Shown: in pieces, positions 9,611 through 21,958 of the stretch
Layout of the letters: each line of letters begins with the position of its first letter
Numbering within the stretch: the stretch's first letter is position 1
DNA from: Rebecca billardiae RCC1528
Taxonomy: Eukaryota; Protista; Haptophyta
Direction of reading: 5' to 3'
NCBI GenBank assembly: GCA_965240325.2
Contig: OZ251235.1
Location: forward strand, 992,001 to 1,056,000
DNA length: 64,000 bases
Notes under the pieces: generated by a model
What the model was told of the DNA's origin: nothing
Databases searched by the model: none
The model's input: the letters and a program-made list of their open reading frames with translations, nothing else
Position numbers and translations under genes: made by a program

Positions 9611-11736
9611 GCCTGTCGTGTTGGTATCGGACGGCGACGGTCTGTATAGATATAGTGACGCCAATATCTTGACACTGACAATCGGGTATAACGCTATATA
9701 TAGCTCATCATAACTAGCGGCTCAGGCTGCTGCTCAGTGCTCTAAAGAAGTCAAGAGCGGCTGCTGCTAGTACTAGTAGCTGTGAGTGCTACGCCTACGG
9801 CGGGCAGAGCCCCACTCGGCCACTCAGTAGACAGTACTCCCTCTCAAGACTCAAGTCTCAGAACTTCGCGCGCTCAGTAGCGGGTCAGGCGCCGCCCAGG
9901 AAGTCCTCGTCCGTCACCCCGCACCCGCAGTACCACGCCGCCCGCGTCCGCCGCATCCTGATCCGGCTCCGACGAGTCACACTCACCGCGACAGGCGCCT
10001 GACAGTGACCGGCTGAGCCCCGGCAGCAGGCAGCTGTAAAGACTACCTGAAAACCCGTCAAAAGCTATACGTACAATGTGCAGTATCAGACCAGTCGGTT
10101 GGTCCTGGTCTGACAGCATATCACAGAAATACTAAGACTGAGCTCTCTCTGACTGACCGACTACCGAGACCGAGTCAGCGGGCGGCAACCTGAATGCCAA
10201 CAGTCCGACGATGCCAGTCCGATCATTTAGATCCGACGATGATAAGTCTTCACACACCCGGCAGTCGCGGACGGGCGGCGGTCGCCGCCGATCAGTGCAG
10301 ACGATATGCGACGCAAGCTCAGTGCAGATACTCTGTGCTCCTCGGACGGCTTTCAACATATGATTACGTGTACTACTCGTCGCGGTATATACTTGACGAG
10401 CACTACAGCCCATACGGTAAAGCGGCGGATACAGTATGATGAGAGTTCACTCCACTCGGAGACCGCTCAGTCCGCTGCGCATCGGCGCGCCTTCGACGGA
10501 CGCCCGATACTAGTACTCGTCGTTGAGTCAGTAGCGGGCAGCGATTGGGATGACAGCTTATTGGTCGGGCGGACGGCGATTGGGAAAAAAATATATCAGT
10601 GTCGTGCGCGCCCGCCGTAATTGCCGTTCAGTCAGCCGCCGCCGATCCGCACGCGCTATGCAGTGCTCGGAGTCGGACCGCTTGAGGCGCATTCCCATCA
10701 CTGCAGTCTCAAGGCTGTTGGCCTTGTCCCTTGTGAACTGACAAAGGTCGCGGTGCTGGTGATGCGATCATCACACCATGCAAGTGCCACGTTCCCTGGG
10801 CAGCCCGCCGAATGTCTCGGGAGGATCGGCTGGCTTTCAATCCGAGTATTGGACCAACCTCGCGGCTGACAGCCGAGCTCGCGGTGCCGTGTCAGTTGCA
10901 TTCCGATCCGATATTATGGCTGAGTCTCACGGCTCGGGCTCAGCCCGCGCGCATGGTCTGCGCGTGGACTTGCAAGGCGATGCGGCGCGTGTGCCTACGG
11001 GTGCCTGGAGGCGAGCGATGCTGCTATGATCTGCCACGACCCTGCATCGATCCAAGGTCCAGCGCTACGCATTGCAGCACCCTTTCGTTCGATCGGGCGC
11101 GAGTGCGCGCCATGCGCGCGAAACCCAACGACCGAAAGGACCGCGGGCTTCCGTGGAATCTGAAATCCGTGCGCACCCGTCGACCCCGTCCGGTCATTGT
11201 TGCGCGACGACGACGTGCCGCCGTCCAGGCCACGTGGATTCGTTATCAACGCTGTGCAGAGTGACGAGTGTGGACGTTGCTTGGCTGGGTGGGCCAGGAC
11301 AAGGAGTCGACGGTCATCGCAGTCGTCAAGTGCTGTGCCAGGCAAGGCTTCGGAGTGTCCGTTGTCATCGTCACTACTGTGTGGTGACGGAACACACGTG
11401 TCATTGAACAAGGTGTACACGATGATCTGATGAGCGGCGACGGGCGAGGCCGCCGTCTACGGCGACTACAGATGAGTCGGCGCGGAGGGACGCGCGGGCG
11501 TGGTGATGGTGGTTCGGATCGGAGCGGTCAGGGCTGGCGGCTCGAGGCGGGGTCGACGTTTCGGAGTGGGCTGGCTGTGGCTGGACGGAGCACAGTGGGC
11601 GGTGCAGTAGGCTTTGCGTGCGCGCCGGCCATTGGCGCGCGCGTAGCGACGGCTGGACGGTACGAGGGACAGTGGCAGACGGTGCTCGGGGCGGTGCGGC
11701 GCTTCGACGATACGACGATGGGCGTGATGCACGAGT

Positions 11737-13535
11737 TCATCTGCTGACGTCGCTCTCCTCCTCCTGGCTCTTCTCAATCTTGACCGCGCCGAAGTCGTAC
11801 ATGCGGCGCAGCATGCACAGCTCCTGCTGGATGACCGAGTAGACGCGCGAGACGGACATCTTGTACATGTCCGCGATCTGCGCGCACGTGTACTCGACCC
11901 CGTCCTCCAGCCCGTAGTGCAGCCGCATGATGTACGCGTTGCGGCTGGAGGAGGCGTGGCCGTGCCTGACCGTGCGCTGCAGCACAGAGCGCAGCTCGTC
12001 GCGCAGCAGCACGTCCTCCAGGTCGCCGTGCAGCTGCGAAGGCGACGACTTTGGGCACGAGATCAGGTCCCCCATCACCGTCACGCCCGAGCCCGAGTCG
12101 CCGGCCGAGCGCGCCGACGCGCACGGCGTGTCGAGCGAGATGGCCTGCGCCGTCTTGTGCGCTTCAAGCCGCTGCACGACCTTCTCTCGCTTCCAGCCGA
12201 GGCGCTCGGCCACCGCGGTCACCAGCCGGTCGCGCTGCGAGACGGTGTCCGGCGCGTAGGCGAGCTCGGCCGCCGGCGCCTGCTGCTGCTGCCGCGCCTG
12301 CTGCTGCACGTGCCGCGCCTCGTCCTCGAGCAGGCAGATCTGCTGGTACTCCTGCGCACGGCGGGCGCGCGGCGGCGCGGCGCGGAGCGGAGGGCCGGTG
12401 AGCGCGCGGCGCGCGGCGTGCGGCGTGCGCGCGGGGACGCGCGGGCGCGCGCGCGCGCGCGCACGGCGCGGCGCGGCGCCGCACCTTGTGGATCGCCGAG
12501 ATCTCCTGCTGCACGCGCACCGGCAGCCGAATCGTCGTCTGCGCGTTCATGATGGCGCGCAGCACCGTGCCGCGCACGTGCCATGAGGCAAACGTGGAGA
12601 AGCGCACGGCGCGCGAGGGGTCGAAGAGGCGCATCGCGTTGAGGAGGCCGATGTTCGCCTCCTGCAGCAGGTCGGACTCGTCGAGCGTCGTCGCGTACAC
12701 GTACTTTCGCACGATCATGCGCACCTGCGCGGCGTGGGCGAAACGGTTGGGCGAGCTCAGCACACGCAGCGCGCACGCGCACGCGCGCACGCACGCACGC
12801 GCGCGCGTGCAGTGATGGAGAGGCGCGCGATCTCGAGGCCGGGCGCGGCGGGCGACGCACCATGCGGTGGTTCTGCATGAAGAGCTCGTTGATCGCCTTC
12901 ATCCCCTCCTTCTCGCGCTGCAGAATCTGGCTCGGCCGCACCGCGCCGTGCGCGGGCACCAGCGCCTGAGCGAGCTCGAAATTTGCCGGCTGCCGGCCGA
13001 GCTCGGTGGCGAGCTGCTGGCGCGAATTGCTCACGTCAAAGACAAACGCGGCGCTGCGCACGCAGTCGGCCTCGCGTCGCCGATTGCGCTCGCGCTGCTC
13101 CAATCGCTCGCGCTGCTCTGCGAAGAGCGCCGCGCCCTCGGAGATGTCGCCCCTCTCGGGGCCCCCGGCCGCGAGCGCCGCCGCGGCTGCCGCCGCCGCG
13201 GCTGCCGCGGCTGCCGCCTCACCACGACGTGCGGCGGCCGTCTGGACCAGCCCACGCATGGAGAAGGTGGCAAAGTTCGCTCGCCTACCCTCGCCGTCGT
13301 CGCGCCCACGCGACATCACGAGGCCCACCCCGGATGTCGCGTGCGCGTCAAGCGCGGCGGTCGCAGACGCCTCGAGCGCGGCCGAGGCTCGCCTCCGAAT
13401 ACGAGGCACGGAGGGCCGCGTGATCCCGTTGAGGCCCGCGCGCGACGCGGTCGTCCGCGCCGCTCCCCCCGGCCGCACTTCGCGCGTGCCGTCCACCAGG
13501 CTGCCCAGCAGCAGCGCCACGACGAGTGCGCGCAT
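11737..13535 (-). CDS. Nuclear-encoded, probably plastid-targeted sigma-70 family RNA polymerase sigma factor; exons 13535-12861, 12724-12485, 12351-11737; 509 aa
   Basis: Signal peptide MRALVVALLLGSLVDG; region 2 DLLQEANIGLLNAMRLFDPSRAVRFSTFASWHVR; TIRLPVRV; region 3 ISLDTP; region 4 MRLHYGLEDGVEYTCAQIA; two GT..AG introns give 1530 nt. Confidence 0.9.
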
Positions 13536-13828
13536 CGCCCCAGGGCACACGAATGGCACCGTGGCGAGGACGTCGCACAATCTTGCGGGTTTCGTCGTTT
13601 GAGCAAGCGAGGTCTGGGAATCCATTCGGTTGGGCGAGATCGAACTGAGATGCGAAGGTTGGCAAAGGCCAGGCCAGGATTGGGCACAGCGGTTGGGCCC
13701 ATTAGTTAGGGCTGCGTCAAATAGACGTTCAGAATTACCCACCCAAGAGGGCAATTCACCCATATTGGGACTATTATTTTTCCGGGTGCAAGCTCTTGAT
13801 CAAGACCTGAGCGGCTGTGATCATTATA

Positions 13829-14422
13829 CAGGTGGATACGGGTGATCTGGACAGTGGCCGACCCAACTCACGCGGAGGCCTCCCTGGGAGCATTGGGGTC
13901 GAAGGGGCGCCAGGGACGGACTTCAGGGGGTCCCTGGAGTTCCGCCGCAGCGCGCTTTCTGCGCTGCGGGCCCGTCTCCGCGCGTGGCGGCCGCAATGGC
14001 ACTGTCCAATTAGCCCCTGGCACTGGCTGAGGCATGGGAATCGAGCTCAGAGACGCGCGCGCGGAGGAAAAGCGTGTGCAGCGGCTCGGACGGTTGCTCT
14101 GGGACCTACCCACGCCAGCGCAACCGCGCCTTGCCTCGGAGTCCGCCCTTCCTGAGTCGGCGCACGCGCCTTGCGGCTTGAAACGCTGGCGTTCGCCCTT
14201 GTGCGCGGGACTCACGAAACAAGGCGAAGGCGGCGAGAAGCGCGACCTGGCGCGTGCGCAGACGACGTCTCACGACCAGGTGAGTTCAGCGAACATCGTG
14301 CGCCGTCGTGGCGACCCGCCAGTGGGCGCTCGTGCTCGTTCGCCCACGAGCCCTCGCCACGAGGCCCGCCGCCCGCTGAGTGTCCAGATAGCCCCTGTGT
14401 CCAGTTAGCCCGTATCCACCTG
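13829..14422. mobile_element. Tc1/mariner-pogo-type MITE (594 bp) with TA target duplication
   Basis: TA|CAGGTGGATACGGGtgatCTGGACA at 13827-13853 and TGTCCAGttagCCCGTATCCACCTG|TA ending 14424; internal TGTCCArwTAGCCCC subterminal repeats. Confidence 0.85.
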
Positions 14423-14841
14423 TATATTCTAGTATTCAATATACTAGAATACGAGCTACTTGAAAACGGAGTAGTGGCATATTATGGCGCCTTGCCGAAC
14501 CAATGTCAACCCATGGATTGATGTAAATGAGGCCTCATGCCCTCATTATTGGCTGGGATAATATTGACGAAGCGATTGATAAGAGCTCGCGAGAGTTCGC
14601 CAGCGGAACATAAAGCTGTGTGTACTACTAGTAGCGACGAAGCTGAGTAGCGGTTACCTTGACTTCACTCATCAAGTCTCCCGGTGGCAGTGCGATAAAA
14701 ACTCACACGCGAGAAAAACAGCGCGCGACCCCGCCAGAAAACTTTAATGTCTTTATCGTCACATCCGACGAACCGCACGCGTACCGCGATTTAGATTTTA
14801 GTCGGTCGTCAGTCAGGCGATGTGCTCGCAGGCTGCGTCGT

Positions 14842-15503
14842 TCAGTCATCCGCACCCGCCGACGCCGTATGCGACACGCGCGCTGCCTTCCAGCTGCGCC
14901 GGCTGCCGACGTCGCGCGTGTTCCTGGCGGGCCGCCCGGTCGGCGGCTCGTACGCGGCGTCCTCGTTCGGCCGCTGCAGCAGCAGCTTGGGCAGCTGGTC
15001 GTTCCGCGCCTCGTGCTTGCCCTCGAAGCCAACCAGGCTCACGTTGGCCGGGAGCTGGCGGGACCAGTGCGCATCGCGAGCCTCGACCGCGCGCTGCGCC
15101 GCGTCGATCGCCGCGTCGAAGTGGCGCGCGACGCTCTCCGCGTCGGAGAGGTCGGCGAGCGCCGCGTGCGGAATCGTCACGCCGAATCGACGCTCGCAGC
15201 GCGAGAGCACCTGCGGTGGGAGGCAAGCGGCCGCGCGGGGAGGGTGCGCGGATCAGAGCGAACTCGCACGCTGACGCCGGCGCTGACCAGCGCGCTGTGA
15301 GCGCGCACCTCGAACTTGAGCTTGAGGTCGCTCTCGAGCGAGACGTTCGTCGCCGCCTGCTCGTCGCACTGCGCGCGCTCGCTCACGATGGCGAGGACGT
15401 CCTGCCGGCAGGTGGCGCTTGGCGCCGCCGATGGCAACGCGGCGTCGGTGCTCAGCCGGCATGCCCTGGCGTGCAGGGACGTGGCCCTCCATGCGGCGCG
15501 CAT
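14842..15503 (-). CDS. Mitochondrial ribosomal protein mL50-like; exons 15503-15309, 15210-14842; 187 aa
   Basis: Arg/Ser/Ala-rich presequence MRAAWRATSLHARACRLST; SLESDLKLKFE|VLSRCERRFGVTIPHAALADL and LPANV resemble MRPL50 motifs; 98-nt GTGCGC..CCGCAG intron. Confidence 0.65.
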
Positions 15504-15706
15504 AGCGTGGGGATCGCCCTCGCACGGCACGATGGGGGCGACACCCGACTAATGTACGACGCACAAAGCACACAAGTGACAATTAGTGCGCCGGCCTTGG
15601 TCCGGCCGATCTGCTCGGTTAGCGGTCCGGCGAGAATGCGTGATCACGAGCCAGCGCGGGCAAGCGTCATCGTGATCACCTGCTGCGCGTGATCACGAGC
15701 GGCAAG

Positions 15707-16096
15707 ATGAAGAGTTGCCGCGTGATCGCCGTGGCGCTGGGCCTGTGCGCACTTTCCGTCGTGGTGCAGGGCGTTGCGCGGCCAAAACGCACGCCAGACC
15801 CACCCACGGTGGCTGAGCATATCGAGTGGCATCGCACGCGCCGCGATGGAAGCCGGCCCACGATTCAGCTCGTCGGCGTCATCGACGAGGCTGGCGTCCT
15901 GACCTGGCATGCGCAGCCCATGCCGGGGAAGCGGAGAGGGCACGAGCCGTTCCACGTGCGCATCATCCGGCCGAGCCCGAATGGCATCGCGTACTACGCA
16001 TGGAAGACGGGCAAGATCGACGCCTTCACTACCGCTGATGGCAGGCTCGTCGTGCAGCCTGCGCGCCGTCGGCCCTTTTGGCGGCGGCTAATCTGA
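15707..16096 (+). CDS. Small secreted or organelle-targeted hypothetical protein (129 aa)
   Basis: Signal peptide MKSCRVIAVALGLCALSVVVQG followed by beta-rich-looking sequence; head-to-head with the mL50-like gene. Confidence 0.6.
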   Translation: MKSCRVIAVALGLCALSVVVQGVARPKRTPDPPTVAEHIEWHRTRRDGSRPTIQLVGVIDEAGVLTWHAQPMPGKRRGHEPFHVRIIRPSPNGIAYYAWKTGKIDAFTTADGRLVVQPARRRPFWRRLI

Positions 16097-17488
16097 TGCG
16101 CAGCCCAGATGGGCTCGTGGAGCTCTGGGTCTGAAGTACACCAGGCGGTGCTGGATGGTGGCCAGGGCGAGCGTATGGCCCCGACTGCGCGCGGTGTGTC
16201 GTGCCGCCGGAGCATTCGCCATGCCACAGATGTTACCTTGGCCGGCGCTGCGCAGTGTCAACGTGAGTGACCGTCTACCGAGCAGCCTGCGGTGCGGCGG
16301 CGCGGCCGTGCGCTCCAATGACTCAGTCACGCAGGAGTGGCGCCTGGCGGTCCAGGCGAACTCAGTCTCACTCCTCGCCAAGTGGCAATTTGGCGTCCGG
16401 GCGCCGCATCGCTGATCGCTTTTACCGCGGCCGAGGAGTGGCGATGCCGCCGACGGCACCGACTGTAAGACTCAGTGTTAGTGTAACTACTGCTGGGGAC
16501 GACTACAAGCGTACAGCGGTATATATACCCGCGCTGACGCGGGAGGCGTCACTCTGTAATCAAAGCATACTGGCTGACTCCGTCTCTGCACCGCCGGTGG
16601 TCCTCGTCGTCACTGATCACATTTTCACAGACGACAGACGTCAAGTAACACGTGCCCGTGGCCGACGTGAAGTTCATCGTGAGTTCGTCACTACTAGTCT
16701 ACTCACAGACACTACTCACCGACTCAGTCTCAGACTCAGTACTGGCTCTCCGACAATACGGACTAGTCTGACTGAAGTTTGCCGTCACTGATACTAAGCT
16801 ACTGACGAAATCCGAGATGAATGATCAGTTTACGCGCAGAATTGACTGGTAACAGGAGTTCATGCGACTCAGAGACAGAGGGCAGTCGATGTCAGTCAGA
16901 CTGGCAGTGGCGCCAGTGGCAGAGTCAGCAGGCCGCTCAATTGACCTCAGCTAGCCCGATCCGGTTTATAATATAGTAGTACGGAATTAGCCCAGCGGGC
17001 AGCTGCGTGACCGGGGCCAGCCGCGCCAGGCCCAGTCAGCAGCTGTAACTGTTTAGATTTTGAAAAGCCACACTTATAATATATATATATTATAATAAGG
17101 GGATTATGGTACAAAGCGGTTCTGAATACCGCTATCGTCCATATCGCGCGCTCAGCGCACCGCGAATCGCGATACAGTCGGCGGCGAGTGTCACACAATG
17201 TCGCGGGGGGCTGGCCGTTGCGCCTCGTTTACGTTAGTCGTTACGCCCTCGGACCGGTCGGACCCGCTCGGAGACGACGGCCTCGCACGCCGTCGACGCT
17301 CGGCCTCGGTCGAGATGGGCGCTCCGGCTCGTCCAGTGCGAGCAGCATGGCGTACCCGCTCGGACGCGAGGATCTTCCACCGCCGCTTCGGCGTGCGGCA
17401 CTGTCGGCAAAGACCAGGATGCGCGCGTCCGGTAGCTTCTGTCCCAATGCCCGCGCACGCCCAGTGCGCGCGCGATCTCGCTCAAGCC

Positions 17489-18385
17489 TCAGCCCAGCTC
17501 GTCCTGGTTGGAGAAGAGCGCCTCGGTCATGAGCTGCTCGATGCGCTGGGTCCAGCTGCCCCCGGCGTACGTCGACAGCGTCGCGCACCGGTTCTCCTCG
17601 TCGTACTCGCCCCCGCCCTCCTCTGCGTCCGCCGGCCGCTTTCCTTTTTCGCCCTTTTCCTTTGGCGGCTTTTTCCGCTTCTGCGCGTCAAATGTTGCGG
17701 TCGACTCGATGTGCACGAGCAGGCAGTTGGACGCGGGCGGCGCCGCGTCGCCGAAGCGCTCGGGCCATTCGACCAGCGCGACCTGCGACGAGTACAGCTC
17801 GTCCAGGTCGACCAGCGCCGCGATCTGCGCGGGCTCGAGCCGCCACAGGTCGAGGTGGTGCACGGTGACGCCCGGCAGCAGCGCCTGCCCCTCGTCCGGG
17901 TAGGTGATGTCGAGGAGGTACGAGGGCGAGGAGACGGCGAGGTGCGGGTCCTGCATGTACTCGCGCAAGAAGCCGCGCGCCAGCGTGCTCTTCCCCATCC
18001 CCACCTCGCCCGACAGCAGGATCACGTCCCCCTGCTTGCAAACGCGCGCGAGCGCGGCGCCGAGCTCAGCCGCGCCGCGCGCGGTCGGCATGGGCCAGCG
18101 CGCCACGCGCTCGGCCTTGAGGCCTTCGCGCCATCGCTCGCCGCCGAGCTCGCCGCCCCCCCCGCTCCCGCCCTCCAAGCCGCCGTCGCCGCTCGCGTCG
18201 TCGCCGTGCGTGCTCGGCGCGCGCGCGCTCGGCACGCCCGAAGGCAGCTCGTCCGAAAAGTCCGAGAATGCGGCGAGGGCGCGGGCGGCGCAGCGGCGCG
18301 GCGCCACGCGCGAGTGGCGCGGCGCGGCGCGTAATGACGCGAGGAGGAGCACCGCCATCGCCGGTGCGGACGCCGCCACGGCCAT
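17489..18385 (-). CDS. tsaE: tRNA threonylcarbamoyladenosine biosynthesis ATPase TsaE (YjeE), with N-terminal targeting extension
   Basis: GDVILLSGEVGMGKSTLARG (Walker A), SSPSYLL, HHLDLWRL, LVEWPER; hydrophobic then Arg/Ala-rich leader. Start could be Met 18385 or 18358. Confidence 0.9.
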   Translation of the reverse strand: MAVAASAPAMAVLLLASLRAAPRHSRVAPRRCAARALAAFSDFSDELPSGVPSARAPSTHGDDASGDGGLEGGSGGGGELGGERWREGLKAERVARWPMPTARGAAELGAALARVCKQGDVILLSGEVGMGKSTLARGFLREYMQDPHLAVSSPSYLLDITYPDEGQALLPGVTVHHLDLWRLEPAQIAALVDLDELYSSQVALVEWPERFGDAAPPASNCLLVHIESTATFDAQKRKKPPKEKGEKGKRPADAEEGGGEYDEENRCATLSTYAGGSWTQRIEQLMTEALFSNQDELG

Positions 18386-18806
18386 CGCCCGCCCTGCCCG
18401 TCGGCTGGCGCCCGCGCGAGGTGATGCGCCGATCGATCGCGACGCTGCCTCCTCCCACAGCAGACGGCGGGCTCGGCAGCACACAGCACGCCCGCGGCAC
18501 GTCCCACCCTGGCACGGTGGGCCGTAAAAAGTAAAAACATATCATCATCATCATCGTCATCAGAAGCAACGGTGGGTACCGTGCGTACGTATGATGATTG
18601 TACAGCCGAGACGGGGACTGCTACAAAATTGAAAATGGAGCAGAATCGTCAGGCTGCGGACGACGTCGAGCGATTTTTCGCGCGCGCGGTTTTTTCTGGG
18701 AGAAACCGGACCCTACTCCCGCTTTGGGCCCTGAAACAGTCTTTTCGTGGCTTCCGCTCTCGATCGTGCCGAGAGTCCGACCTCGCTCCGCGTCGGCAGC
18801 GCGCAG

Positions 18807-21480
18807 ATGGCTGAGGACGGCAGCGCCAAGGTGATGCGGCTTCGGCAGGGGCTCGAAGGGCCCAGGTACGCATGCTCGGCGTGTGCGCGTGCTTGCTCCC
18901 ACGCCCAGCGACTCATCAGGGACGCGCGCAAACGCGTGACATTGCCGCTCGCGCGCGCAGGCCGCAGAGCGCGCGCGAGAGCCGTGCGCGCCAAGCCGAG
19001 ATCGAGGCCGCGGGCGCGCCGACGAAGCGTCCTGGCGCGCCACTTGCCCGAGAGGTGCGTGCGGCTGCGCGCGGTGGCGGAGTGTCGCGCGCAGCCACCT
19101 GCGCGCGCGCGCGCTCGCAAGCGCGGGTGTGGGTGCTGCCGTGAGCGCCGTGCGCCGTGGCTCATGTGCGGGCGCCATGCACGCGCGGGCGTCGCGCGCT
19201 CGGACGCCACCGCGCACCACCGCGCGCGCGCAGCTGTGGGCATCCACGCCGGCGCACGCGAACACGGACAGCGCGGCGCGCGCGCGCACGCAGCGCACGT
19301 GCCGCAGCGCCGCGGGCGTCGTCACTCCGCGCGAGATGCTGCAGCCTGCGGGGCGTGCGCGGCCGACGGCCTGGGGCGAGGCGGGCGCGGGAGCCGCGGG
19401 TGCGGCGTGCGCGTCGGCCTCGCTCGCGACGCACGCCAACCCCGGCGGCTCCACCGTCGAGCTGAGCGACGCCGCACGCGCGCTGCCGCTGCCGCCACGG
19501 CCGTCGGCCGCAGCCGAACTGGACTACCCTGCCCTCGCGCGCTCGCCCGGCTCGGCGGCGCGGCTGTTCGAGCGGTGCTACTCGCACGCGGGCGAGGTGA
19601 TGTTCCCGGACGCGCCGCCCTCCGCCGGCCGCTCGCCCCCGCGCGCGCCTGGGCCGCTCGCCGACGACCCGGCGACGGCGACGGCGATGATGCGAGGCGC
19701 GTTGCATGCGCACGCGGCGTTCAGCGGAGCGGCGGGCGCGTCGACTGCGCTGCTGAGCTTCATGGCGGCGCCGGACGTGATGGGGGACGAGCACGGGCGC
19801 GGGCGCGCGATGGTGCCCCCCGACGCCGCCGGCGTGCCGCGCCGCGCCTCCGCCAGCGTCGCCTCCCTCCTCGCCGCGCCGCCGCCTGTGCTTCCGCACA
19901 CGCCGCGCGGCGCCAACGCGGTGGCTGCGTCGTACAGCTCCGCAGGCGAAGTGCTCTTCGGGGCGGCGCACGCCGAGGGCGGCGAGCCGGCGCGCTCGGT
20001 CTCGCCGACGCTCGCGCACCTCGACCAGCGCTACCACGGCGCCGCGGGCGTGGCCGCCACGGGCAACACCGCGCCCGAGGCAGAGCACATTTTTGCGCGC
20101 AAGCGGCGCGTGGGCGTTGCAGGCGCGCGCGCGTCGGGCGGCGCGGGCGTGCCTCGAGTGCAGCCGCCGGGCGCCGTGTCGGACTCGCCGATCGCGGGCG
20201 CGTCGGAGGCGTACGCGTACGCCGCGGACGCCGCGCGGCTCTTCCCGCACATGTCCTCCCGCGTCGGCGCCGTCGTCTTCGGCGCGCCCGAGCCGCCGAC
20301 GCGCTCTGAGTTGCTCGCGCGCGCAGTTGGCGCGGCGCCGAGCGGGACCGGCGGCGATGGCGGCGGCGGCGGCGGCAAGCTCGGCGTGCAAGTGCCGCCG
20401 CCGCCGAGCACGGCGGGCGGGCGCGGCGTGACGTGGGCCGACGGCACCACGGCCACGTCCGCCGCGGGCGGAGCCGCCCCCGGCGAGCTGCAGCTGCCGC
20501 GCGACTCGGCGCGCGACGCGGCGCGCACCCCGGGCGGTCGCACGCCCGGCGGCGGTGGCAGCGGCCTGCGCTCGGCACATTTTGGGCAGGCCTCCGCCGC
20601 CGAGCTGCGCGCCAACCCGTTCGCCGGCGCGTGCGGCGTCCCGTCCGACCCGTCCGAGGTGCGCGCGCGCGAGAGGCGAGCCGTGCCGCCGCGCCGTACG
20701 CGCCCGGCCCCGCCCCTCGCCCATCCGATCGCGCGCCAAGTGCCCTGCGCCAGCCGGCGCGCTCGCTCCCTCACTCGGAGCGGACCCTGCCCTGCCCTGG
20801 CTGGCCGCTGCCGCGCGCCGCGCCGCACGTGACGCGCTCGTCGCGCGCAGCTCAAGCTGATGGACGCGAAAGGGCGGCGCGGCGCGCACATCGGCACCCC
20901 CAAGTCCGGGCAGCGCACCTCCGCGATCATCTTCCACCAGGACTCGGCCCTCGCCGCCTCTGGCGACACTCAGAACGTGTACTCCGATGCCTCAGTCGCG
21001 GGCGCGGCCGGGCAAGAGACGTACCAGCGACGACACCCGGAGGAGGTGTGGGCGCGCGCGCGCTCGCCGTACCAGGAGCGGCCGCAGACGGAGTGGGAGC
21101 TGAACACGGGCTCGCACGTCAAGCGCGTCCCGCAGCCAGGGCACGACGCCGCGGTGCGCGCGCGCGCTCGTGCGCCCGGCGCAGCGCGCCGAGCGGCGCG
21201 ACCGGCGCGCGCACCACAAACGCTCGCGGCCGCGCTGAGCCTTTGCTCTCCCCGCCCGCTGCCCTCCCCGCGGGCGGCGGCCTGCTGCGCGGCTGCGTGC
21301 GCGCAGCTGACCGACTCGCTCATCTTCTCGACGGAGTACGCCGTGCCGCCCGCCGAGGGCCAGGCCAAGGGGCGCTTCAAGGCGCGCGCGTTCTTCACCG
21401 ACACGTCGCAGAGGCGCTCCTCCGCCACGCGCCGCGCGGCCGCGCTCGCGAGCTCCAGCGGCCGCCCCGGCTGGCGGTAG
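18807..21480 (+). CDS. Low-complexity hypothetical protein, 5 exons (18807-18865, 18961-19054, 19234-20658, 20851-21153, 21307-21480), ~684 aa
   Basis: Four GT..CGCAG introns join four ORF-track frames into one 2055-nt frame; recurring S..G.V.FG-like short motifs. Confidence 0.65.
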
Positions 21481-21958
21481 CCAGCGGCCAGCGGCGGCCC
21501 GGCTGTGCGTGCGCGTGCGCGCGGCACGGGGGGCACTGCGGGGCGGGCTGCGCCGTGTGGGGCGACGTCGGTCGGTAGTCGGTTGTGCGGCGCATGGCAC
21601 GCCTAAGCTACTGAGTGAGAATGATAACGGCGGCGGCCTGACTGCGGCAGCTGGCTGTTCTCAGCCCCGGCCGGGCTGCCCGGCTTCATGCAATTGCGGC
21701 GGGCGGCGGCATCACTCCACTTGGGACAAGTTTGCGAGCTGTATGACAGGCGGACCGATCAGCTGGCTGATCGGCCCGCGGATCGCAGACGACTGGGAGG
21801 CGCTTGCAGCCGTCAGCCGATGATGTCCGCGGTGGCCGGGTGGGGCCCGACGGCGTGGTGGGAGCGTGGGCCGCGGTCTGATGACAGTAACTGAAGTTTC
21901 GTCGGGTGAGAGAGTCCGCTTGCGAAAGTTCAAAGCTGCTGGACAGGAGTACAGGACC

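Noticed and set aside
10620-11430. Possible decayed gene on the minus strand (VYTLFNDTC.., VRTDFRFHG.., LAWCDDRI)
   Set aside because: Fragments lie in different frames with no recognisable family; too weak to call.
17074-17095. Perfect AT palindrome TTATAATATATATATATTATAA
   Set aside because: Explained by a short (AT)n core; no independent evidence of function.
11737-18385. Bacterial contamination suggested by sigma-70 and tsaE (and MHYT, tautomerase elsewhere)
   Set aside because: The sigma and MHYT genes have spliceosomal introns, sigma and TsaE have targeting leaders, and all are interleaved with clearly eukaryotic genes.
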